NCBI RefSeq assembly: GCF_009834535.1
Contig: NC_045697.1
Coordinates: 116,252,001-116,316,000, forward strand
DNA length: 64,000 bases
DNA from: Camelus ferus
Lineage: Eukaryota
Reading direction: 5' to 3'
Below, piece by piece: positions 24,383 to 37,684 of the stretch (positions within the stretch are counted from its first letter, which is position 1; each line of letters starts with the position of its first letter). A program made the position numbers and the translations under genes. Below the pieces are notes generated by a model. The model saw only the letters and a program-made list of their open reading frames with translations, did no database searches and was not told the origin of the DNA.

Positions 24383-26574
24383 TAACGTGCACATTTTTTG
24401 CTGAACAACTTGCAAGTTACACGCAACATGACAGTGAAACCCTAAATATTTCAGCCCGCACTTCCTACTGATGAGAACATTTCCTATATAATCACAATAC
24501 CAGTATAATTCCTGAGAAATGTAATTCAATAATATCTAAAATTCAGTCTATATTCGAAGTCACTCAGTTGCCCCTAAAATACCTTTTCATTGTTGCCAGT
24601 GATTCCAGTCAGGGTGACACATTTCCTTTGGTTTCTCTCTACCTTTGAGGGAAAGACAAAGGGGCGGCAGTGGACTCGTCGCGTTGAACAGAGTGAGCAG
24701 GTAAGTTTAGGCGTGTTGTGGGGATTCGGACCAGAGATGGCTTGTAGGGGCTCCGTCCAACTGGGGACATCTGGAGGTGTGTCCATTAGTAGAGGGTGTT
24801 GAGTAACTGAACAGACAGATGAAACAAGTACATGTTTAGGGCAGCAGCATAGCAAAGGTTTTTTGTTTTTAAGTTTTTTGAAAGGATTCAAGAGAAAGAA
24901 AGGAGAAAAATAAAAAGGAAGCGAAGGAGGGAGAAAGGAGGGAAGAAACTGAAAAAGGAAAAAGCGTCTAAAAGAAAATCAGAATTTGTTGGACCCTGCC
25001 TTACAAATCAGTGTTGTTTTTATTTAGAATCGCACATTGGGATGCGATCGTTTTTCCTCACTGTTGAGGATTTCTAAGAGTCTGTGGCAGGAGGCTATGG
25101 AAAGACAGACCTGCCTGATTTGGGGGCGCCTGATCACAACCATGTGCTGTGACTGCAGCATGAGTCATCTTTTCTTCCTCAAGGACCACAATGGGAAGGT
25201 GACATCAGCCAAAAAAGTGCCTGCATTAAAGTGTGTGCTTTTTGAAAAAAACTAAATATAATTTCTTATATAACAGGATGAGTGCTGGATTGTCTCAGAG
25301 TTGATGCAGGGTGAGTGCAGCCCTGTTTAACACTCAGGCATCAGGCATCACTCTGGTTTCTCTGCAGAAGTTTTGTAACACAAAATGCACTCGATAGCTT
25401 TGCCCTACGTATATCCAAGCTGTGTGACTCCTCCATGTTCTGTAGAAATAGTCCACTAACTTCTGCAACTGAATCTCTCATTATATAATCTCAGCATTAT
25501 AATTTCACACAAAAAGAGGATTCATCCTCATTTGTAATCTTAAATTTGTAGATGGCTAACAAGTTCTTAAAAACACCATGTATAGACAGGACTTAATCCT
25601 CAGTTTTTCAACCAAGCAGCTTTGAGTAACTTCAGCTAGTCCCTTAAATCAAAATACCAGACTCACATTGACTACACGTACTTGTACGTAACTATGTAGT
25701 TAAACGGGGAAAGGTTGTCCCCTGTGGTTCCAGAAGCACTTTAAAAGTAATGGAAATTACAATGCACTCTGGAGAGATTTATGAGAATGTTAATTAAAGT
25801 CAACTTGTCCTAGTTTTTAAGTTTTTTCCAGAATTGAGAAGGGTGATGACTACAGCAAACTGACATGTTTTCAAAAACATGTCTACTCCTCAGAGCTATG
25901 GTTTTAAACGAAGTCTGATGCCTCTTCAGAAAAGACAGTTTCTGGTAGAACACAGCGTTTTTACCTCAACAATTACAAAATCATTTATACTTAGGGTGCA
26001 GGAGGTTCTCAGTTGAATTAATGAAATATGAAGGAAAGAAGGCGATTTCTGACTGTGTCTCTGACATGTGCAGCATTGTGTCTTCCAAGGCGTGGCCAGT
26101 TGTAGTTCCACGGTGCTGTGTGCACGTAATATGTATTAACACTGACAAGAGTTAAGCGCACAATTGAAAGGAGAAAATTGTGCCATTTTGAATCTATCTC
26201 CCAGATGAGTGAAAAAAACAAAAACATTTAAATAGATATATAAATATAACTTAATACACTGAGCCAGGAAATTCAGCTCTGATTAAGCTGTCAGATACTG
26301 AAACAAACTGAAGTGGGGAGGGTCAGGGAGATTCCCAAGTATAATTTCATACCCCAGGAAGCACATAAGCTGTTGAATTGAATCACTTATTTACCTGGAA
26401 ATTCAGAGCCAGAATTGTTCTGGAAACCTCATTTTCTGATTATGGTCATGATTAATTTCATTTATAAAAATATAATTGACCATTTTTTTTTTTACTGAAA
26501 TTGTACATGATTTATTTGAAGATGATTTTTCAGCACTTCACCAAATTCTGTTCTTAACTTCCCACTCCCAATCT

Positions 26575-26698
26575 TTTTCTTTTTTTTGTGGAGGAAAGAT
26601 AATTAGGCTTATATATATATATATAATGCGGGTGCTGGGGGTTTAACCCAGAACCTCGTGCATGCCAAGCATGCCCTCTACCACTGAGTTATACCCCA
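26575..26698 (-). mobile_element. tRNA-Ala-derived SINE
   Basis: Same head in reverse. Flanked by an ACTCCCA(A/G)TCTT duplication. Confidence 0.85.
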
Positions 26699-28970
26699 CT
26701 ACTCCCAGTCTTGAGCCCCTTCAACTTTTCTGAGCTCACACACACACAAACACACAGAGAAAAGGTTAATTGTCTGATTCCTTCTATTTAATCTTCTTCT
26801 TTAGCATTTTTCCTCCTTCATCAGAGTTGAAACACAATTTTTAAGGCATACTCATGTAAGCAGGTGCATTCAATGCCCGTGTCTCGTCTCAGCAGGGACT
26901 GGACAAGAGAAGACAGGAAAATCAAGATTCTAACATTTTATACACTTAGAATCCCAGGTTCCTCTTGACTCATCATTTCATTTCCAGAAACTGATTATAA
27001 GGAAATAATCAAGAGTTATTTGTGGCACTGCATATGATAATTTAAAAAAAGTGATAACACTCTAAATATTCCACAATAAATGGCTTAAATCCTGCTAAAG
27101 CAACACAATAGAATACTGTGCAGCTATTAAAATCATATTTCCAAGATTATTGAGTAACATGAGTATATACTGACATTATATTTAGTGAGAATAAAAAAAT
27201 AGACTCTAATCCTAAATTTACAGTGATCTCCCAAGTTTTTTAAAGTATAGATAGGTGGATATAAACGTAGGAATAGAAACCAGCACCACATTTACTTATA
27301 CAGAACACCAAATTCAAACAGAACCTAAAATGGAATTCAGTATCCCAAAAACTGTGCACAGTAGAGCTCTGGCTGATAAAACCAATCAACTTACTGACCA
27401 AACAGCAACCACGAAAATCCCAGGTATTCTTGAATACAAATCAATACGTTTTAATGTGTCCAGTTGGATTTCAGATGACAAATTTGTTTCTCAATTGGAA
27501 ATATTGATCTAGGAGCGAGGTCACGTTTGAGTTGTGTTTTGCCAGGCTCTGTCCCCACAGAGAAAGTGAGACGTTTGTCATTTGACTGCCAGTCTTTCCT
27601 TTGGAGTCCTGCTCACGCATTTCTCAAGATTTCTTCTTCTTCCCCTCATCTGTTCTCTGCTTAAAAAAAAAAAAAACAAAAAACAGATTTAGAAAGAAAA
27701 GGCTTTCAAAAATTCATTCAGCCTAGGATCAGGTGCTAATCAGCTTAATGAAGTACTTCCACCGGGTATTTGCATTTTAGGGAATGAGCCGTGAAGCCCA
27801 ATATTTCCCTGCTGGGACACTGCTTGCATTTGGGTCGGGGCACTAGGGGCCAGTGGGAACTCCCCAATCCCATCACCTTGAAAATCACAAAGTTCTTGTA
27901 GAACTTACACCTCCTCTGGTAAATGGACTAGAATGTAGCAGTGCCACCTGCTTGCCACCACAATAGCACCGTTTGCCTATGTAGGTTTCAGTGGTGCATT
28001 TCAGAGAGTGATGCTTTGTTCCATTACATTGCAGCCTCCGGGTTTCTTTTTCCTCCCAGATATTAATAACCACCACTCCAGGTACTTAAGAGGTTTTGTC
28101 TAGGTAATTAAAGATCTCTTCATATCATGTTTGAATCTAAAGTCCTGAGTGAGTCATGCAGTGAACTTGGATCTTCTGAGTATAATGAGGTCTGTTTTAA
28201 TGAAGGAAATTAGTTTTTGATACATTTTAAAACTGTAAAAGAAAAATACTATCATATACTCCTAATACAGCCAGATTAAATTAGCATTTAAGCTTATTAA
28301 ATAATGAGAATATTTATAAAAACTATTAAGAACCTCAAACTTTGGGTTAAAAAACAAAGAAGCAACCCTCTAGAAACTCTCCTAAGAGAAAAACTCATTA
28401 AAAGAAAAGTAATGTAAAGTATTTATTATTGTTCATATGCTATCTTTTTAAAAAATGGACATCTGGATTTCACTCCTTTTTTGTTTAAGTAGTGAGATGT
28501 ATTTGTCTTTTTGATGAAAATAATGTTTATTTTAAAGGGAAATTTTTCCCCTTAATGTATGGATTATTCCTCTAATATTCTAGCAATGAGACATGATATG
28601 TGTATGTCAATTAATAGAAATAAGAACAGTTACAAAAATAATCAGAAAGAATTGTGAAATCAATTATAGCTTGCTGTAAGCTGTATAATAATAATATAAA
28701 TATATTCACTCAGAATTAAAATAGGTCAGAAAAGCAATCTACTGGGAGTTAAGATTCTATAGTCATCAGGACAAGGATTGCAACCAAGCAGAACAGAATT
28801 TGAAAGTTAGTTATAACACTTATTAGAAGTGTAACCTTGCTTTAATAACACTTTCTGAGCTGCAGGTTATTCATCTGTGAAATGCGGACAATGGTACCCA
28901 AGTCATTAACTAAGTTTTAGACTTAATAATACATGTGACACGCAAGTACATGCTATCCCACAAATGCTAG

Positions 28971-29177
28971 CATCACCACCATGATCGTCACCTTCATCAC
29001 CATCATCACTTCATCACCACCACCGCCATCACCACCATCACCATCATCACCTTCATCATCGTCAACTTCATCACCATCATCACCTCATCACCACCACCAC
29101 CATCATCATCATCACCTTCATTACCATCATCATCACCATCGCCACCACCACTATCTTCATCATCCCCATCATCCCAC
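28971..29177. repeat. Degenerate (CAT/CAC)n trinucleotide tract
   Basis: ~200 bp of CATCACCACCAT-type repeats. Confidence 0.95.
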
Positions 29178-30024
29178 TGCTATGAAAGAAACTAGAAGCC
29201 AACTGTTGGTTTAAAGACCTAGTTAGTGACAAAAACTCCTTGACTGTATGAAAAAAATTTAGTTCCATTCACCAGGGTTTTTTTCCCCTGCTATCAATTG
29301 TTAAGCAGAATTTTTAGCATTATCCAATGCTCATGAATATTCATAACTGCAAACCCGAAGCACTCACTACAAAATGCCACATTGCTTTCTGAGCTTAAAA
29401 AAAAACGAGTTAAATTATATTCTGCTAAATAGTCATGATATCACTAGTGTAACTGGGTCTAATCGTTTGAATGTTGATGTTCTACATAGTGTGGAAGTTG
29501 CAGAATATGGGTCTGTGCTTCATCCAGCCTGCAGATGTAATTACTTTGGCCTTCTCAAGATGGGCATTTGCGACAGTGAGGTGACCAAGTTTACATCCCA
29601 GGGTTCAAGTCCAAGTCAGCCTGCCTCCAAAAGCTTTCACTATGCCACACTGTCTCTTTGAATTTCTTCCAGGCAATATACGTTTTATGTAATATCCAAT
29701 AACATTTACTGGATATTCAATTGCATGGTTGTTTCTATCATATGGAATGTGTGTATGTGTGTCTGTCTGTCTAGGTATCTCTTTGTATGTATGTAAGGCT
29801 GTGCTGAAAATTTTCTGCTTGTCTCTCCAGATTGTCAGCAGTTCCTACACTGGTCTCTGCACTGGTAGGCGGCCTGTACCGGCTATGTTAATGAACCTCT
29901 CTGTTGGTTTCTAGTTGGGTTCAGCCAACAGGATATATCAGCAGATGGGAGAGAGGCGCCAGCAAGAGCTGGGAGTATTTACTCTCTAAACCCCTCCCCA
30001 GTGTGGTCCCTGTGACACGCAGGG

Positions 30025-30567
30025 GGGCCTTGCTGTTTATCTATTTCATCTATGGTAGTATGTGTCTGTAAATTCCAAACTCCCGGTTTCTCCCTCCTCC
30101 AACCTGTTTCCCCCTGGTAACCATAAGTTTGCTTTCTATGGCTGGGAGTCTGTTTCTGTTTTGTAAATAAGTTTATTTGTATCAATTTTTTTTAGATTCC
30201 ACATATAAGTGATATCACATGATATATTTATCTTTCTCTGAGTTACTTCACTTAGTGTGAAGATCTCTAGGCCCATCCATGTTACTGCAAATGACATTAT
30301 TTCACTCCTTTTTATGGCTGAGTAGTATTCCATTGTGTAAATATATCTTAGCTTCTTTATCCAATCATCTGTCAATGGGCATTTAGGTTGTTTCCATGTC
30401 TTGGCTATTGTAAATAGTGCTGCTATGAACATTGGGGTGCATATGTCATTTCAAATGAGAATTTCCTACAGATATATGCCCAGGAGTGGGATTACTGGAC
30501 CATAGGGTGAGTCTATTTTTAGTGCTTTTAGGGTTCTCCGTTTGGTTCTCCATAGTGGCTACACCAA
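30025..30567 (-). mobile_element. L1 3' fragment
   Basis: [27 protein letters not shown]...YTMEYYSAIK, then 3' UTR. Confidence 0.95.
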
Positions 30568-30601
30568 AACAAATTCTTATTAGAAATGATGTAATGGACT
30601 A

Positions 30602-31125
30602 TGTAGTTAATATCATCGCCTCCCAGCTTTAACATCCTCTTTCTTCTGGTCAACTTCCTTTTTCTGTTGGTGTATAAAATATGCACCCATTCCACACTGC
30701 CTCAGTGCAACAACCATCCAGGACCACAGCAGGCCAACTCTATTACTACCCTGCTCCTCTCGGAGTGATCATTAGTTCCCCAGGTGAAGCTAGACTCTAA
30801 GCCAGACAATAGGGCTTCTCCCAACAGAATCCCTGACTTTAGATGTAAAGATTGCCCACTTCTTGAACCTAGAACTAGCGAATGCAAACTTGGGGTTCTC
30901 TGTGGCCATCTTCCCTAGTCTCGGGTAGAGCCTTCTGTGGAATGGGGCCCAGCAGAGACAACTAGGAATGAGAGAATGATGACAGTCAGAGGAGGCTCCC
31001 GGGGTCACTGTGTCCCCCTGAGCCCCTGGGCCTGCATCTCTTCCACAGTTGCCTTCACCAGTATGTGAACTAAAACTTCGTATTTTCATTTTGCTTGAAC
31101 TAGTTGGAGTATCTGTCACATGTAA
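30602..31125 (+). mobile_element. Old MLT1-type (MaLR) LTR
   Basis: Degenerate MLT 3' end (TTTGCTTGAACTAGTTGGAGTATCTGTCACATGTAA) and internal GTGGCCATCTT motif. Confidence 0.55.
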
Positions 31126-33745
31126 TTTTTTTAAAGTACTAATTAAAACAATGGCAAAACTTTGCAAGCTGATATGTTTCTAATATTTGAACCCAGTTGT
31201 TTTGAAGAATTCAGTGATGCTGGCGAGACGTACACTAGAAAAGTTCTGATCCATCCATCTGCATCAGAATCAATGGAACTTTTTATTACCAAGAGCCTTC
31301 AGAAAGCCTCTACTGAAATTCAATATGTCTTAAGACGTATTTTGGACATGTTCCTAGTCCAGATTATTTCCCATGGGGGAAAAAATGATTGGATTGAGAG
31401 AGAGCGCATGGCAAGTGGGTGTACAAAGAGGGGAGAGCTTTCATTTCTTCTCATTTTAAAATTAGCAAGTATGGTTAGGTACCAATGACTAATAGTGATG
31501 TTCTGGTTTTAATGCTCATTGTGGAATTTTACTTATTTATTTCTGTGGTTGAGAAAGCCTGAATGAATGCTAAGTTGACTGATAGAAGAAAATTTATTTT
31601 TCCAAAGCATAGTGCCCTCCCTCTGTAGGTGTGATGTTGTGTGGAGTGAAGTGCAAATTCAGCGCAGGAGACAAATGGGGTGTGTGCCCCCATCGCAAGA
31701 ATTTGCTCTGTATTAACAGTCACTGTCGCTCACTTCCCTGCAGCATTCTGTGAGCTCACCCACGAAGCCCTTGAAAAGACAGGAAATGGTGCGTAGATAT
31801 TAGTAATAGTTTATCTTCCTATTTAGAAGGAGTAAGCCAACGCAACTCAGCACTTTTTGTTGAGCTTATGAAAGTGCAAATTTTCACTAAAACCTCGTTT
31901 GGTTTTAGAGCATTTACGCCAGTACTGGTGAAGGGGTTCTCTGAAGAACTTGCAACACTGAAGTAAGAGCTTATAAGATGAACCAGGAGCATCATTAAAA
32001 CACCATCACCGAAAAGACGGGATCCAGAAGTAACTACACAGGAGGGTTGGGGAACGTTGGGAAAATGTCCCTCAGGGGGAGGACAGGCAAGGGAGATAAT
32101 CAAGTCCAAGTGCTCCTCAGTCTGCTGACTGCTGTTTTTACTCTCCAAATGGATATTTGTGAGTTCACTTGGAACTCAGAAGAAAATATTGCCGTTAAAT
32201 TCCCAACATTAAAAATGGTGGTTAGGTCTCTAGCAGGCCTTGCAGAATTACCAACCCCCACGTAGCTGCACCAACAGCTCCAGTTGTCTGTTGTTCCTGA
32301 GACTGAAAAGTGACAGCCCAACTCGCCGCCAGGATGCTGGAGTTTCTCCGTTTCCCAAACTGCCAGCCACCATGACCCCACGGTCTGGAGAGTCATTTCC
32401 TCCAGTATCCTCTCCTCCTGGGCCAACAAAGAAAAAATTCTTTCCCTCATGATGACAAAAGAAGAAAGAATCCTCAGGTAGCCCATGTTAACAGGGAGGG
32501 GCAGTGACTAACATTATTGCGATGCTCATAAGATCGTTTTCAGGGCTTGGGACTTGCTTCAGTTTCTTTCACAATGTGTGTTATTGCTGCCCTATGTTTG
32601 GTTGAGTTTAATAGAAATGGCTGGGTTGCTTTTCGATCATGAGAGGTGGCTGGTGTTTTGAATCTTCCGTCTTGTGGGAGCATGATATAAACCCCAGGCT
32701 ACTCTCCTTCCTTTGCCCTTTGTCCCCCTAAGAGACCCAAGGGGGCAGGTCACGCTGGGGGACCTGAACTGAGGTGCCAGAATCCACCCACGGATCCCAC
32801 CAGCTGACTCAGAAGACTCTCTGATGACACAACCTAGACACACTCTCCTTTACAGTCTGCTAACGACAGCTAAAGCCAGAAATAACTCTGACATACATTA
32901 AAAAAAAGTTAAGCCTCCAAAGCTTTTCTTTTTTGCCCCTCCAAAAACATTAGCATGCAAATGAGTTAGCTAGTAGTCACTAACAACTTTTTTCCCTGCA
33001 AAATGATTGGCTAATTTCACCGGCGATCACATTCTCAGCCCATCCGACGAGGCTCTGATCACCCAGAGACAAAAATGTTTCTTGGAAGCGCTCCACAGGG
33101 CAACAAAGGAAGTCTGCTTGGATTGTTCTTTCTTGCCAGTCATGCTGATGATCAGTGCGGACCGCAGAGGCCTGGCCTCGGTCCACGGTCCACAGTGAAT
33201 GTTGCAGCCCACCATCCTGAGTTCTTAGGGGGTGAGGCCTCGCTTGGCAACCCTCCCTTCTGAAACATTCATAAAAACGGGTAATTGCCGCAGAAACGTG
33301 GACTCTCTGGCAGAGAATTATGACTCTTATCCTTCATGATCCTGGAGCTTCTTATGATCTGCACACTCGTCAATCCTATAAAGCCCACCTCCAGTTTAGA
33401 GCATCCTTCTTTTCACACTGTATCACCTTACACGCAGCCGTGGTGTGCACCACCCGATCAGATTTATGTGTGAGGACACTAAGACATCCCTAGAAAGTTA
33501 GCAAAATGGTCACATGGCATCATTCGGTTGATGTTAATAATTTAACCTTCTTACAAAGCATATGTGTATCTTCACATTTGAAGATGCCCAGGGGAGCATC
33601 TGATTCAAACTTAGTCCCCATTCAGAGAAGTTTCCTCCATGTAGGTCAAAGCTTAACGAACTACTAAAGCAACCTAAGTTTAGAGTGGAATTGTCAAGAT
33701 TACATCAGACAATATGATGCAACTGTTAGACTGAATCTTAAGAGT

Positions 33746-33900
33746 GGGCGGGGGGGGTGTATAGCTCAGTGGTAGAGCGCATACCTAGCATGCACGAGGT
33801 CCTGGGTTCAATTCCCGGTACCGCCATTAAACAAACAAACAAACAAACAAGCCTACCCCTTACCACCCCCACCCCTCCTCAAAACACACAAAACAAAGTT
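33746..33900 (+). mobile_element. tRNA-Ala-derived SINE with intact A and B boxes
   Basis: TAGCTCAGTGG (A box), GGTTCAATTCC (B box), (AAAC)n tail. Confidence 0.9.
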
Positions 33901-35254
33901 AAAGTGACTCTTAAAAAATAACTTACAACATACCTACATGTTATCATTTGCCAGTGTTACTTCTGAATCAATTAAATACTTGATGACTACTGACGTATAT
34001 TATGTCCTAAGTTTTTCTGATTCCACCGTATTCAGTGTATCATGGGTGTCCTCCTCATTACAGTGTGGTTTTAAACCATTTGCTCACACAACATATTGTA
34101 GATTTTTATTCCTGGTGGTTCTTTCTGTCTCACAGTTTTGGTACAAATGTTCTATTTACGGTAGGGCATGGTAATTCAGGTTAGGGACAGGTTGTAACAA
34201 GAACCATCTGTCCTTTCCCCCCCATCTGAGTCCTTCTGTCATGATTAATTGTTATTACCGAAAAAAGAAAAAATACCACCTTCTTGCTGGAGTTTTGCAA
34301 GAGGCAGCAGCTATTGTCTCTCTTTAGAGCAATGGGGCTTGAAATATGACATGCTTTGTTCCCCGTGGCATTAAACACACAGTCTCTGCTCTTGTGGTTC
34401 CCAAGTCTTCAGGAGGTTGTGAGAGATGGGTGCAAATTGCTCTTGTAATGTCAGAAGAGCAATGTGGAGACAAAATTGAAACTATGCATCAAGAATATCC
34501 CACTTTGTTTTAAGCATTTCCGGTGTCTGCCTCTTGGGGAATAAAACACAACTGAAGAAAGTGATATAAATATCACGTTTACACTGATGAAAAAGAGCTT
34601 CTAAGGAGTATGAGGAACTGCCGATACTACATCAAGATATAAAAAAGTTTGATAGAAATTAGGTTAAAAACCCACATTCACATTTCCTAAAAACTCTCTG
34701 CCATTGCATGATTTCAAAAGCATCTCAAGAGAGAGAGAAAAGGGCCAGAGCAAGGATTTAATTTTTTATTAGAAGGAAGTGCATTGTAGGAGGGACCACC
34801 GTGGGAGGGTACCAAGGAGGGGAAAGGTCTGCTCAGAGGTCTGCATCATCAGCCCCGAAGAGGTGATCCCAAGGGACCCACTGCCGCTCAAGTGGGAGAT
34901 TCACCGACTTGTGTTACAGATACTTGGAAATGCTGCCTGTTTCCTTGTTCAACCAGCATTTATTAAACACCTTCCACGTTTCCAGGATTGGATAAAGATG
35001 CAAAAGGGATGGAGGACACTGTTAACTTTTGTTTTTAAATATCAAGGAATTTTAATCTAGATGGGAAACTGAGACATGAAACCCATCTCATCCTCTAGTG
35101 ATGAGATCTGAGGGTCCACAAAGGCTTCCTCTTTCCCAGACTAGCCCTTCCCTTAGTCTGACAATGTTTCTGAAGTCCTCCTCCTTGTCAGAGCCATCCT
35201 CCTGGACAGGGTCAATTTTTATATCAGTTTTTCAACTTACAGATAACTTGGCCC

Positions 35255-35445
35255 AGGCAGATGGGATAGCTCATTCAGCAAACCACCATCTGTTTTTGTA
35301 AGTCAAGTTTTATTGAAACACGCACACGCCACTTGTTTACGTGTGGTCGGCAGCAGCTTCCCCCCTCCCACGGTGGAGTTGAGGAGCTGCAGGAGACCGC
35401 ATGGCCCATGAGCTGATAATTTACTACTGGCCCTTTTATAAATTC
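35255..35445. mobile_element. MER58-like hAT-Charlie DNA transposon remnant
   Basis: CTGTTTTTGTAAGTCAAGTTTTATTGAAACAC...GAGACCGCATGGCCC...ATTTACTACTGGCCCTTT matches the recalled MER58A consensus. Confidence 0.8.
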
Positions 35446-35802
35446 AAATCCTAAACCAGATTAAGAGCTGGTAGAAGGTTAAGGAGTCTCAGGAGAGAGA
35501 CTAACTTTTCCACTCAGAGTCCAAGCTGACAAGTTTCTTGGTTTGTTCCATGTGCTAGCTGGGAGGTGGCTCTGTTTTCGTTTTTATAGGACATAATCTC
35601 ATTAAGGACGTTGTTATTTGCGGGTCCTGAAGTCATGCAGATTTATTGATTCTAACTCTATCTTGCATGAGTCCAGAGCCTAAGACCTCATAGCCTGGCC
35701 ATTAAATCCAAATTCCTAGATCCGGGAAAGCACGTTTTCCTGCCACACCCACACCCCCTCCACAGCCATGCCCCACCCACATCTCCTATCCTAACTGCTC
35801 AC

Positions 35803-35932
35803 ATTTTTTTGTTTAGGGGAGGAGGTAATTAGTTTTATTTATTAACTTATTTTTTAAGTGGAGGTACTAGGAATTGAACCCAGGACCTTGTGCCTGCAGA
35901 CAGGCACTCTTCCACTGAGCTATACCCTTCCC
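35803..35932 (-). mobile_element. tRNA-Ala-derived SINE (first of a tandem pair)
   Basis: Reverse head and T-rich tail, flanked by CTAACTGCTCAC on both sides. Confidence 0.9.
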
Positions 35933-35949
35933 TGTCTAACTGCTCACTT

Positions 35950-36083
35950 AAAAAAATTTGTTTTTTAATTTTTGAGGTGTGGTGATCAGGTTATTTATTT
36001 ATTTTAATAGAGGGACTGCGGATTGAACCCAGGACCTCATGCATGCTAAGCATGCACTCTACCACTGAGCTACACCCTCCTCT
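35950..36083 (-). mobile_element. tRNA-Ala-derived SINE (second of a tandem pair)
   Basis: Reverse head, flanked by CTAACTGCTCACTT and CCAATTGCTCACTT. Confidence 0.9.
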
Positions 36084-37537
36084 CTCCCAATTGCTCACTT
36101 TTGACTCTGACTCCTGCAGGGATCACTTATAGATCAGCTCTGTATTAGGGTTTGTTTTTTTTTTTTCAGCAATTATAGGTGTTTTATGGCAAAATATTGC
36201 TCACATTATGTAATTTGTCATATCACTGGGAGTTAAAAGTTGTATAAAGTAGAACTGGAACCTTGGAGGACTAAAAATTAAAAACTTCCCTAAAAAAATT
36301 AGGATTTTGAAAGAGATTATTTATGTGGAATCATAAAGGTGAAAGCCATGTAGGAATATTGAGACAGAAGTGGGCAATGTTGGAAGTAAAGATACGTACG
36401 TTGCCACTAATTATTGAGGGCCACATGGCAGAGAGGACCCCAATATCAGACACCCCAATTTAAATCCTACCTAGTTGACACTTAGAAAAGTTATTTAACT
36501 TCTCATAACCTCCATTTCTTTTTTTAAGCAACATTATTGTGGTATGGTTCCTGTATAGTAAACTACACATATTTCAGATGTACAATTTGATGAATTTTGA
36601 TAGAGGTATACACCCATGAAACCACCACCACAATCAAGATAGCTAACATTTCCATCACTGCCCCAGACTCTCAATTTCGTTCTTTGTAAAATCGAACAAT
36701 AAAGTCTAACACAGAGCCAATCTCAGCGAATGACCCTTGCAATTAACATGAATGTATTACAATGTCAAGAATGAGTCACTTTTCAGAACACCCCTCTCCT
36801 GCCTGGAGGGAAGGAGAGAACCATATCTAACATGTGGCATATGTAACAGCAAATATTTCCGGCTGAATTTAGCCATTGTCATCATTTCCATGGCAACTAC
36901 CTTACTCCAAGAAGAGGGACAAAACACATAAAGATGCTGTAGAAGATTTATAGTCACTTATTCGAGATGATCTTCATAAGTCTCAGGGCTGTGAGGCGAG
37001 GTGTTATTTCAAACACATGGTAATAAAAACTTCAATTTGTTATCAAGTCTTTCCCTTGGGAAACCAGTCATTTCTAACTATTTATGAATCTGGCCTCTGT
37101 AATCACGCCTCCACGACTGTCTTAGAAGGTTCTCAGATTGGTATAAGTAATCTGCCTGAGTCTGCTCGTCAGGTGGATGACAGGAGGGGGAAACTTAGCC
37201 AGAAAACACGGTGTGAGGACAAAGGAGATGTCTGGGTTTGGGGAAAGGAAGGCAGGATGTTGGTTCTGACCATGAGGGCTGGGAGAGGGGGATCAGCCCA
37301 GAAAAAGCAGCATACCTGGGGAGAGGGTGGAGAGGAGACTGTTTTTCATGTATGTGGTGCAGCTGAATGCTATTCTGATCATAAAAGGAAGGGGTGCACA
37401 GCCAGTGTGGATGCACTGTTTGCATCTTATTTATTCAGATGCAGCATTTTTTTTCCCCTGAAAGAGAGCAATGACTCCTTTCTCCAATAAATCCTTTAGA
37501 TCAACTTTCTTTTCAAATCTAGTGTTTTCAAGTAATC

Positions 37538-37684
37538 TTTTTTTTTCCTTGGAGGGGGAGCTAATTAGGTCTGTTTGTTTACTTATTTATTTATTTAATG
37601 GAGATACTGTTATTGAACCCAGGACCTCCTGCACGCTAAGCATGTGCTCTACCACTGAGCTACACTCTACCCCTCCGCCCCCCC
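37538..37684 (-). mobile_element. tRNA-Ala-derived SINE
   Basis: TTGAACCCAGGACCTCCTGCACGCTAAGCATGTGCTCTACCACTGAGCTACAC with a TTTA-rich tail. Confidence 0.9.

Noticed and set aside
25670..25701. Imperfect hairpin ACTACA-CGTAC-TT-GTACG-(6 nt)-TGTAGT
   Set aside because: Too short and bulged for a miRNA or MITE call; compatible with chance.
28981..29268. Poly-His/Ser/Pro and poly-Met/Val ORFs
   Set aside because: Translations of a (CAT/CAC)n simple repeat.
30136..30432. ORFs with protein-like content (also 20681-21103, 54747-54932, 61640-61834)
   Set aside because: Fragments of L1 ORF2p C-terminus in truncated elements, not host genes.
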